This document shows positions 12,876 through 24,070 of a DNA stretch of 64,000 nucleotides, in pieces (position 1 is the first letter of the stretch; every line of letters begins with the position of its first letter). This DNA is from Camelus dromedarius. Taxonomy: Eukaryota. The translations under genes and the position numbers were made by a program. The DNA is taken from the NCBI RefSeq assembly GCF_036321535.1, contig NC_087437.1, positions 11,534,001 to 11,598,000 on the forward strand, given 5' to 3'. The notes under the pieces are model-generated. The model saw only the letters and a list, made by a program, of their open reading frames with translations, searched no databases and was not told the DNA's origin.

Positions 12876-13629
12876 GCTGCAGGGCAAGAAAGAAGGGAGG
12901 TGGGCATCTATGTAACCCATCCCTGGATCTGCTGTCTGCTCGCGAGTTTCGCTCCTCTTGGCAGAGCGCACAGCTTAGCAGTGGCTTGTGTCACTTTCTC
13001 ATTTATAGAAACCAACGCCCAGAGAAACTCAATGACTGTCTAAGGTCATGAGCTGAACGAACCAGAACTAAATCCCAGGTATCCTGACTCCCACACCAGC
13101 ATCCTCTCCCCTACGTGGTGCTATTGGTCTCCAGTTTAGATGTCAACAATCAGGAAAGAGTAAGCACAGAAAAAGCAGGAGGGGCGGTGAGGAAGGACAT
13201 TACCTCATCAGAACTTCCTTTTCAGCTCTTCTGTGCACAGAATAAAGTCAGTTTTCAAAATCAGTTTCTAATTCCTTTTCTAAGTCAAGGCTTTCAAGTC
13301 TTAAAGACATCATCTGACAGCTCTGAACACTGAAGCTGTGTAGCTTTGCTCCGAGCTCACTGGAACACTTGGAGTTAGCAATCGGAGACCAAAGAGGTTA
13401 TTAGTGGATGGTTATGAGGCAACACGTGAGTAACCTAATCAGTGTTCCTGTACAAATATTTAAAATCAGTCCAAGATAATTTGAACTTTAATGCGGAGCT
13501 AACCAGACGCATGTGTAACCTGAGCCCAAGGTTCTAATAAGTTACTGCCTTTTGGATGTCCTTCAACGTGAGGGACATTTTTAGAAAGATTAGCACTTGA
13601 ATGGAAACAAAGACTGAGTTTAAAAATTT

Positions 13630-14023
13630 TTTAATTTTAATTTTTTTATTGAAGTATAGTTGATTTACAATGTTGTGTTAGTTTCTGGTTTATGGCATAG
13701 TGATTAAGTTATATATAAAAATATATATATATATTCTTTTTCATTATAGGTTATAAGATATTGAATATAGTTCCCTGTGCTATACAGTAGGAACTTGTTG
13801 TTTACCTATTTTATATATAGTAGTTTGTATCTGCTAATCCCAAACTCCAATTTATCTCTCCCCTGACTTTCCCTTTTGGTAACCATAAATTAGTTTTCTG
13901 TGTGTGAGTCTCTTTCTGTTTTGTAAATAAATTCATTTGTGTCATTTTTTAGATTCCATATATAAGTGATATCATATGATGTTTGTCTTTATCTGACTTA
14001 CTTCACTTAGCATGATCATCTCT
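13630..14023 (-). mobile_element. young L1 3'UTR fragment
   Basis: ttttttattgaagtatagttgatttacaatg...gttccctgtgctatacagtagg...ctgacttacttcacttagcatgat. Confidence 0.95.
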
Positions 14024-15394
14024 GAGACTGACATTTTCAATAGGGTAAACATGAGATCTGGACTTTTTTATACTTTTTTTTTTGTTTTGTGTAAAAAGCA
14101 AAATGCATGTATTGTCCTTGCTCAGGTACATGTGTAAATTTAGTATATCAAAATACACTACATGACCGTGCAAGGACGTGGTCATTGAAAGATATGTCAC
14201 AAATCAAACATAAATGAAGCTTTAACAGCTTGTGAAAAACACTCAACCAGGTGTGCAAGAGTTCAAGGTAGCCACAATTAAAAAACAAACAAACAAACGA
14301 AGAAACCAACCCCTTCAGAGAGGCAAAAAAACAGCTGCCCAGCTCCTCGACAAGGCACCGATTTTAGGGTCTGCTAGATCTCCAGTTCAAATCCCGGCTT
14401 CATCTCTATTTTACTTTTTTGAGCCTTGGCTAATTCATCTGCAAAGCAGGGTTGATACATCCTGCCAAACAGCTGAATCCGGGGCTTCCTAGATGTCTCA
14501 GTGATCTCTGAAATCTGACTCATACACCTTTAATTATATCTTACTGAATTACCCCTCCGAATTTTCACTGGGGGGGGGGTTAAAATTAGTTTTGCATGTC
14601 TGCTTTCCATAATTTTATGATCTGTAGGTAGCAACAAGGAAAAACAAAATATTTTCTGGCTTGGATAAATTTTGGCATAATTATAGGTCTGGTGTTGGGA
14701 AAATGAGGACCAGATGAAAACGGTGCAGAGACATGAGTAACCCAAAGTGTCTGCGGCTGCTGCCCTTCCATCTCATTAACCGCCAATTACCGTATTCATT
14801 ATTTAACACAAAAAGGAAAAACACAAATGGGGTTTAAAAAAAAAAACCCTTTTATCTAGACTCCAGTTTATACTTGGCCTCCAAAGGCAAGATTAATGCA
14901 ATAGGTTGAGAAAGGGAGTAGTTAGATTGAGCAATAAAAACACTTTTTGATAACATGTGAGCCTATAAAAATGGCTTGCCTGAATCTATTAGCCAAAGAT
15001 AAATAATACCCTGCGGGAGGAAAATAAACAGCTTTTTCTGGATCACAAAGTCTGGTATGTTCTTAAAGACCCAGCTTTCGCTGAAAATGTAATACATCCA
15101 TTTAAAGAGACATTTTCAAAATTCATGATTTCATAACATATGTGCATCTGAAATCTTGTCTCCCTCTAGCAAGGCTAGGTTCAAGACTTTGGTCAAAACA
15201 CAGAAAGAAAAATCGCTTCTTATTTATTTTTGTTATTTCATTATTAATCTTATTATTATTACTATTGCTTCTGATTATTAGCACTATGGCCAGTAATGCT
15301 GTTACTGCTACTGTATCTATATGCACATGTCCAAATGGACATCGGATAGAAATTCTAGTGAATAACATTTTATTGTTCAGCCCCTGAGTGTCTG

Positions 15395-15570
15395 GCTGGC
15401 TTGACCTCAGTGCAATCAATGGACCAGCAGGTTCAGTATCACTTGGAAGCTTGTTACAAATGCATGTTCCTGGGCCCTACCCCAGACCTGTGGAATCCCA
15501 AGCTCTGGGGTTAGGGGCCGGGAATACGTGACTCGCCAAGATTCTGATGCTCGAAAATCTGTGAACTCTG
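15395..15570. mobile_element. MER5A
   Basis: ggaccagcagg...tcacttggaagcttgttacaaatgca...gggccctacccagacct...gattctgatgc. Confidence 0.75.
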
Positions 15571-16130
15571 CTCAACAGAGGAAGCGACCCAGGTGCCAGA
15601 AAACAAAGGAAGGAGGGATGAGAGAGAACGGAGGATGAACACCTGGAGCCGCCACCTGCAGGCTTGACCTTGTCTGCATCAGGCAGTCTGCCAAGGCCAA
15701 GGAGAAAGCAAAGTCTGGGGAGGGTTTCCGGATGTGGTTACCAAGGCTCTGGCCTTCAGCTCCAGGCCTCCGAGAGGAGAAGCACCACCAGAACTGTCCC
15801 CAGCCACTGTCTGTCTCTCTTGCTTGCTGAATATTGAAAAGGACAAGGCACCTTATTTTTCATGCATGCAGGCACATCAGATCAAATCAGCTACAGTTGC
15901 TAAATTAGTATTTCTTAAGGCATGATGTCTGCGTATTTCAGGGTCTCTCTGATTCCTAGTCCCACCAAATCAACATCTCTGAGGGCTGCAACAAACTCTC
16001 AAATGATGCCTGTGTGGTGTCAAGTTTGGGAAATGTTCTACTTTTTTGGACTGACCTGATGTTTAGTTTAGGATAAGGTTTTGAGGTTTCAAGATATATC
16101 CTCTACCTATCCTATATCCCTCCCTTTTTG

Positions 16131-16166
16131 CTTCCTTCCTTCCTTCCTTCCTTTCTTCGTTTCCTT
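16131..16166 (+). repeat. (TTCC)n simple repeat
   Basis: cttccttccttccttccttcctttcttcg. Confidence 0.8.
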
Positions 16167-16579
16167 TTTGTAATAACATGTTTCCTCAAAAACACAAATT
16201 TAAAAAACACACACAAAGAAAAGAAAAATTAGTTTGACTCCTATCCTCCATTTTGATAAATATAATCATATAAAAAAACTCTAAACAAAATTAGGACGTA
16301 AAATAACATAATAGGCCATGAGAAGATATTATAATATTTTTAATTAATTGCCTATTATTAAACCTCTAGAAGCTGTTGCCCAGATTTCCCACTCCATAAA
16401 TAACAATTTAATAAGCAACGTTGTAAAAAAAACAATCTTTGAACTTATTCCTAATGGTCAGTTCTTAGAATTGAAATTTCTGGTTCAAAAATTACGTCTT
16501 CTCTTGAAGTGTTTCACATACATTGCCAAATTGCTCGCAGATAGAGAGGACCCAGTTAAGAAACATGTTAGGCTGTGAA

Positions 16580-18520
16580 TTGGTACAATTTAGCAATACA
16601 GAAATGAAAAACTGACCAGGTGCACACTTTTAGACCTGGAAATGCCATATCATGGCATACAACCTAAAGTGACTCCTGTTTAAGGGAATATTCACAACAG
16701 TAAAAAGCTGGAAATAATCTAAATATCCATCAATACAAGAACAAAGAGATAAAAATAACACAGCAGGTGAAACATACGAACTAGATGATATCAACTTAGA
16801 GCTCCCTCAAAAGTAAAATGGCATAATAGCAAACGAAAAAATCTTGGTAAAGGCATACATACGGAATGGAATTATTTATGTAAAATAATAAAGAATCACA
16901 AAAATATACTGTTGCGTTTACACACACAGGGAAAGCATAAACCTTGTAAAGAGAAGGAACTGTAACTTCAACACAGTGGTTCATCCCCAGAAAAGAACCC
17001 ATCTTCCACTGGGGGAAGAAGGGAAAGGGTTTTATCCAGACCTATAAGATTTTATTTTATTAATAAACAGTTTTGAAGCAAACAAGGTAAAATGTTAACA
17101 TTTGTCAACTCTGGGGCATAGTTCTCAAAGTGTGTGTGAGGACTTCTGGGGCCCCCAAGTCTGCTGCACGGTGTTCCTGAGCTCAAAATAACTTTCATAA
17201 TAGTACTAAGGCATTATTTATCTTTCCCACCATGTTGACATTTGCACTGATGGTGCCCAGTCAGTGGTGGATAAAACGGTGGTGACTTAGCACAAAGCAA
17301 TGCAGAGCAGCGGACTGCATTTTCCACACCACACTCTTGCACAAACACCAGGCAAAATAAGACAAGCCAGTTTCACTCAAAATGTCCTTGACGAAGCAGT
17401 AACATTTATTTTAATTAAATCCCAACACTCAAACGAAGTGGTAAAATAGCAAGTAAGCAGAAAGCACTTCTGCTGCATGTATGATTTCTGTCTCCAGGAA
17501 AAGCACTTGTGCAATTGAATTGTGAACTGAACTGTCTGCTTTCTTCATACATGTCATTTTTCTTGAGAGAATGAGTGAGAGACAAATGATGGTCATTCAA
17601 ACTTGGGTGAAAAGTCTGTCACCTCAAAGCAACCAATTGGCGGTAGTTGTTGCCCTTGATAAAATGCGAGCTTGCAAATGAAAATTCGAATTTTGGAAAG
17701 CCAATGTCTACCACTGCAGGCTTGGCAGATTCATGATAGTTAAAGACTGTTCTGAGATCAGTGAGAAATAACAGAATTTGAATATTGTGCAATCAAATGT
17801 TTCTCCATCTGGAAGGTCTGCATTATTTGATGACTCCCTATTTTCCAAAGGGTCAATGCATGATGTTACAAAAATTATGCGTGAGTAAAAGATCCACTCA
17901 AAGTGCAAAATGAATGGATTTTAATGACATAAAGCATGGAAAGTTCTGTGACATGGTTTCAGATTCTACACTGCAACTACTCTTTTAGAAACAACCATTT
18001 GTTGAATTTTGGTGTAATATCAAAGCTGACTTTTCAGTTATCAGAAAGGCTGTTAAAATACACTTCCCTTTTCCAACTACATAACTGCTTGAGGACTGAT
18101 TTTCTTCCCATACTTGAACACAAAAACATACCATAACAGAATGAATTCAAAAACAGATATGAGCATCCAGTTGACTTCCTTTAAGCCACTTATTCAAGAG
18201 ATTGGCAAAAATGTAAAACAATGCCACTCTTCTCAACATTTTTTTTTTTTTTTGCTTTGGAAAGTGTAGTTATTGTCATAAAAGCGTTATTTATGTTAAC
18301 ATGTAAAGGGTTTATTATTGCTGTTTTAAATAAATATTTTAAATATCTGTTTTAATTTTGAATGTAAACATTACAAAATTAATAAACAAAAGTTCTTTGG
18401 GGTTCTCAATAATTTTTAAGAATGAGTCCAAATCATTTGAGAACTGCTGATCTAGGGACTAAGTACACAGATACTCATCTATTATTTTCTAAACTTTTCT
18501 CTGTGTGTCTAACTAAAGAT
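16580..18520 (+). mobile_element. ancient L1 (L1ME/L1MC-like) 3' end, split by Charlie1a
   Basis: ctggaaataatctaaatatccatcaata...aaaatgttaacatttgtcaactctggg, resuming after the transposon with tattattttctaaacttttc. Confidence 0.6.
17117..18449 (+). mobile_element. Charlie1a-like hAT DNA transposon (internally deleted, decayed transposase)
   Basis: TIRs ca-tagttctcaaa / tttgagaactgctg; internal atttgcactgatggtgc, aaagcacttctgctgcat, ggtttcagattc, ttttccaactacata; degenerate 8-bp TSD ctctgggg (17109-17116) / atctaggg (18450-18457) fitting the NTCTAGAN preference. Confidence 0.92.
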
Positions 18521-18845
18521 AAAAGAGTGAAAAAGCCTACCAGTGGCATATGAGGACATGCAGGAGTCCGTATTTTTACCAAGCTTAAGAAGGATCTCTA
18601 AAGAAACAAACAAATCTTGTGAATCTGAGAGTAAGAAAATATTACGTCATAATTTTAATTTGCCTTTCTTTCATTGTGTGAGTGTGAACAATTATATATG
18701 TTTTCCAGTTGATTTCAACTTTTTTTCTGTGGGTTGTCCTCTTTCTTTTCATCTATCATATGTTTGTTGAGCATCTTGCATGCACCATACTTGCTTTTAG
18801 GTATATCTAGAAAACAGCAGTAAACGAGTTACAGAAGGTCTACTG

Positions 18846-19069
18846 CAGAAATTGGCACATGACTCTCTGTGGGCCAACTTTGTCCCACTTCCTATTACTG
18901 TAAATGAAGTTTTACTGGAACACACACATGCCTATTTGTTTATACATTGTCTGTGGCTCCTTTTGTGCTACAAGGGCAGAGCTGAGCAGTTGCAAAAGAG
19001 ACTGTGTGTTTTTACAAAGCCAAAAATATTCACTATCTGTCCTTTTCAGTAAAAGTTGGCTGGCCCTTG
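18846..19069 (+). mobile_element. MER58A
   Basis: gtaaatgaagttttactggaacaca...gggcagagctgagcagttgc...aaaatattcactatctg. Confidence 0.88.
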
Positions 19070-19099
19070 ATCTTGTGAGTTCTATAGGAATGTTGCCTC

Positions 19100-20305
19100 T
19101 TTCCTTCATATTTGTCAGATTGCTTTGTATATTAAAGAAATCTTATCTTGCAGATATTTTCCCATTTATAATCTTTTAATTTTGTCTGTGATTTTTCTCA
19201 CTGTGTAGAATTTTGATTTTTATGTAGAAACTCAATCAGTTCTTTTCTTTTGATGCAATTGTTCTTAATCTTTGGGAACGCTGTTTGTTAAATGACTCAT
19301 TGGCTATTTTTGCTTTTTATTTTATCCCACATAAATTTTAAAATCATTTTATCATGTTACTGAAAAACTTCCCAGTGATTCTGACTTTAGTTGCATTAAA
19401 TTATTGTATTACCTTGGGGAGAATGCAATTTCTAAAATAAATGATTCTTTCTGTCAAAGAGTATAGACCATTTCTCTGTTAAATCTCATCTTCTTCCAAA
19501 TTATTTTATAATTTTTTTCAAGGTAATCTAATAAATTTCTTTTTATATTTATTTCTAATTATTTTCTGTTCTAGGGTTGCTACTGTGATATGTGGATTTT
19601 TCCTTATTTTTTACATTGATTATGGCAATGAAGTACACTTTACTTTTCTGTATTTACTTTTTAAGTAGATACCATACTAAACTTTTGACAGTTCTAATAG
19701 CTTTTTTTGTTTGTTTCAATTGATTCTCTTAAATTTTTTATATAGACAAATGGAGATTTGTTTAACTTCCCCTTTCTGATTACTTTATATACTTTTATTC
19801 CTTATTATATTTGCCAGACTTTTGAACAAATGATAAATTTTTAATTTTCTTGCTTCCAATTTTAATGAAAATATGTATAGAATTTTACAACTAAGTGAAA
19901 TATTTAATCTTTGATTCAAATTAATAATCTTTCTAATTTTTATGTAATTAGCCTTCTATATCTGTTTCATTAAAGAGTTTTCACCAGTAATATATATTAA
20001 ATCAAGTAGTTTTGGGGAGCATCTATAAAAGTAATAATTTTTTCCTTATTTAACCTATTGATAAGATGAATTATAATAACAGATGTCTCTAATAGTAAAA
20101 TTTCTTGTGTTCTTAAGAACCAACTCTTTTGGTCATAGTCTATAATTGTTTTTAAGGTTTGATACATTGAATTTGCTGGTATTGGGACTTTTTCACCTAT
20201 GAAGTTGATTTATAGGGTTTTGGTGTCATCTTTGCAAGGACTATCCTGATTGTAAAAGAAAAAGAAATTGGAATGGTTACATCTTCTATCCCTAGAATAG
20301 TTTAC
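19100..20305 (-). mobile_element. ancient, highly decayed L1 ORF2 fragment
   Basis: T-rich antisense L1 motifs (ttgcattaaatt...ttggggagaat, gcatctataaaagtaataatttttcc, ttttggtcatagtctataatt, atttgctggtatt). Confidence 0.7.
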
Positions 20306-20309
20306 AGCT

Positions 20310-20970
20310 GTTAAGATGATAAATTTATACAAATTGTAAGTGACAAAAGGGGGTACATAAAATGAAGATCATGAGAATAAGATGTGGTATAAATTTGCCC
20401 CACTAAATAATATAGAATGACATCGTAATTACCCAGTGAAAAACAGAGACCACAAAAACAATTAGAGTCAGATTTAGATTATAATTTCTTGGTAAATGGG
20501 GACAATGGTGAAGTGTCTGCACCCCTACAAGCAACAACTTAGAGATAAAAGAATAAGGGTCTCCTCCAAGCATTGAAATAATTAATATTTCCCTAGCTCC
20601 ACGGGAATAGCCACTGGATCGAGACCAACTACGGAGCTTAATCCATGATGTTAACACATCCAAAGAAAGAAAAGGTCAACTCTTGGAGCATGGCCACTTT
20701 AGATAAACTGAGCTCAGAGAACACAGACTTTGGCAGTGGATACTGGGCACTCTCCACAGGAAAGACACAAAAAATTCCAGAGCTCTAAGCATCCAGTCAT
20801 GAAAAATGTATCCTCTAGTGGTGGTGTAGTCATTTCCTCAGGCTTTGCCATGCCCTGGAGAAATGTCTTTCAAGATTATGGTCCTTTGCTGATTCCGTAC
20901 ACACCATCAACTTTCTGCTTCGGAATTCAGCAGTCTCTACTGATCATGCAAAAGTCTGCAGGAGTGTAGA
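20310..20970 (+). pseudogene. endogenous bornavirus-like glycoprotein remnant (EBLG), C-terminal half
   Basis: Hand translation: RVRFRL*FLGKWG (20464-20502) vs recalled BoDV-1 G RVMWFGRYFLGTVG, with ND upstream at a similar spacing; NTDFGSGYW (20720-20746) and NVSSSGGVVISSGFAMPWRNVFQD vs G C-terminal [34 protein letters not shown]; many stops and frameshifts; 5' boundary approximate. Confidence 0.6.
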
Positions 20971-21013
20971 TCACAAATGCTTTTCTGCTAGGAAACATTG
21001 CCCCTACATTTTC

Positions 21014-21522
21014 ATGCAAGATTCACTCCCGTGGATATTTCCAAGGGATATGTAAGTAATACTAGACCCACCATCTGAAACTATATTCCTTTCTGATTTG
21101 AAATGCTATTGAGTTAGTGTGGCATTTTGAGAAGGATAATTTCCAATATGTTCTAATTTATAAAACAATAAAATAATTTGCTACCTTTAGTACTTTGAAC
21201 ATTAGACACAGATCACATACAACACACCTCATTGCTGGTGGCAATCTATTCACGTGGATCTGGACCCTCTCACTGGATAGCTGAGAACTGCTGGGTGAAG
21301 TAATTCCAATAGCATTTCTATTCCATGAATCTACAGGCCATTTAGTCTACCTATAACTTTCTAACAGTGTATAGAATTTCTTCAGGGAGTTATCATTTGG
21401 CCCCTGTTTACTTTTTCCCTTGGATTACACTTTTGCCCATTAGCCAAAAGTATCAAAGAACGCTGAAAGAATTCTAATTCTCATTTTCTGTGACACTTGC
21501 TATTGGTGAACAACTATTCTAG
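21014..21522 (+). pseudogene. endogenous bornavirus-like matrix gene remnant (EBLM)
   Basis: Colinear matches to recalled BoDV-1 M: LFT/VDLDP (21246-21268, one-base frameshift) vs YFTIDVEP; TYNFLTVYR (21349-21375) vs TLNSLSVYK; EF*FSFSVTLAIG vs AFNVFSYRLRNIG; stop tag at 21520-21522; start ATG at 21014 is tentative. Confidence 0.72.
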
Positions 21523-21569
21523 CCTTGGCTCTCATAAGAGAATTCATGGATAAAAATATGTTGAAAATA

Positions 21570-24070
21570 TTTTCAGTGGATGCAGAAAAAGCATTTGACA
21601 AACTTCAACATCCATTTATGATAAAAACCCCTAATAAAGTCGATAGAGAGGGAACATATCTCAACATAGTAAAGACAGATTTATAGCCAACATCATAGTC
21701 AACAGTGAAAAGCTGAAAACCTTTCCTCTAAATTCAGGAACAAGACAAGAATGCCTATTCTCGCCACTTTTATTCAACATAATATTGGAAGTCCTAGCCA
21801 CAGCCATCAGACAGGAAAAAAAAAAAAAAGGAAGAAGCAAAACTGCTACTGCTTGAAGATAACATGAACTATATATAGAAAATCCTGAAGATATCACCAA
21901 AAAAACTATGAGAACTAACAAATGAATTCTGTAAAGTTGCAGGATACAAAATTAATACAGAAATCTGTTGAGTTTCCATACACTAACAATGAACCATCAG
22001 AAACAGGAAGTAAGAAAACAATTTCATGTACAACTGCATCAAAAAGAATAAAATACCTAGGAATAAACCTAACCAAGGAAGTAAAAGACCTCTACTTGGA
22101 AAACTATAAGATATTGATGAAAGTAATTAAAGATGACATAAACAGATGGAAAGATATTCCATGCTCACAGACTGGAAGAATTTATATCGCTCAAATGACC
22201 AAACTACTCAAGGCAATCTACAGGGTCAATGCAATCCCTATTAAAATATCACTGACATCTTTTAAAGAATGAGAACAAATAGTTCTAAAATTTGTATGGA
22301 AACATAAAGGAGCCCAAATAGCCAAAACAATCCTTGAGAAAGAAGAACAAAGCTGGAGGTATTATACTTCCTGATTTTAAACTATACTATGGCTACAGTA
22401 ACCAAAACAGTATGGTATTGACACAAAAGCAGACACATAGATCAATGGAACAGAATAGAGACCCCAGCTATAAACCCATGCTTATATGATCAATTAATCT
22501 ATGACAAAGGAGGCAAGAATATACAATGGGGAAAAGATAGTCTCTTCAATAAACGGTGTTGGGAAAGCTGGACAGCTACATGCAAAAGAATCAAGCTGGG
22601 CTGCTTCCCCACACCATGTACAAAAGTAAATTCAAAGTGGATTAAAGGCTTAAATGTAAGACCTGAAACCATAAAACTCCTAGAAGAAAACGCAGGCAGT
22701 ATGCCCTTTGACATTAGTCTTAGCAATATTTTTTTGGATTTGTTTCCTCAGGCAAAGGAAAGAAAAGCAAAAATAAACAAATGGAACTACATTAAACCAA
22801 AAAGCTTTTGCACAGCAAAGGAAACTATCAACAAAACAAAAAGGCCACCTACTGAATGGGAGAAGATATTTACAAACAATATATCTGATAAGTGGTTAAT
22901 ATCCAAATATACAAGGAACTTATACAACTCAATATCAAAAAAAGTCTGATTAAAAATAGGCAGTGGACCTGCGTAGACATTTTTTTCTAAAGAAGACATA
23001 CAGATGAAAAGATACTCAACATCACTAATCATCAGAGAAATGCAAATCAAAACCACAGTGAGACATCTCACATCTGTCAGAATGACTATCATCAAAAAGA
23101 CCACAAATAACCCATGTTGGTGAGGATGTGGAGAAAAGGGAACCCTTCTGCACTGTTGGTGGGAATGTAAATCAGTGCAGCCACTATGGAAAATGATACG
23201 GAGATTCCTCAAAAAATTAAAAATAGAACTAATATATGATCCAGAAATTCCACTTCTGGGTATTTTCCAAAGAAAACAAAAACACTAATTTGAAAAGATA
23301 TATGTACCTCTATGTTTATTGCAGCATTATTTACATTAGCCAAGATATGAAAGTGCCCACTGATACATGAATGAATGAAGAAGATGTGGTATATACAGAC
23401 AATGGACTATTACTCAGCCATAAAAAAGAATGAAATTCTGCCATTTGAGAGAACATAGCTGGACCTAGAGGGTATTATGCTAAGTGAAATAGGTCAGACA
23501 GAGAAAGACAAATATCCTAATTCCACTTATATGTTGAATCTATAAAACAAAACAAATGAGCAAACATACCAAACCTGAAACAGAGTCATAGCTATAAAGA
23601 AAAGACAGATGGCTGCCAGAGGGAAGGGGGTTGGGGGATGAGTTTAATAAGTAAGGGCAGTTAGGAGGTACACAGCTACACAATAAACAAGTCATATGCA
23701 TGAAATGTACAGTGTGGGGAATATAGTCAATAATAATGAAATATCTTTATATGATGAAGGTGGTCAAAAGGTACAAACTTCCAGTTATAAGATAAGTAAG
23801 TACCAGAGATGTAACGTACAACACGATTAATATAATTAACCCTGCAGTACATTATATATAAACATTAAGAGAGTAAATCCTAAGAGCTTTCATCACAAGA
23901 AAAAGATCCTTTTTTCTTTTTCCTTGATGTTGTATCTCTATGAGATGATGGATGTTCACTAAACTTGTGGTGATCATTTCGTGATGTATGCAAGTCTAAC
24001 CATTATGCTGTACATCTTAAACTTACACAGTGCTGTATGTCAATTATATCTCAGTAAAACCAGAAGAAAA
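21570..24070 (+). mobile_element. 5'-truncated L1 (RT to C-terminus of ORF2 + composite 3'UTR)
   Basis: gatgcagaaaaagcatttgac (DAEKAFD); ORFs [53 protein letters not shown]; ends in an L1MA9-like tail. Confidence 0.95.

Noticed and set aside
20400..21500. Decayed hAT transposase or ERVL gag as the origin of this block
   Set aside because: No TIRs/LTRs or diagnostic motifs found; the colinear bornavirus G/M motifs fit better
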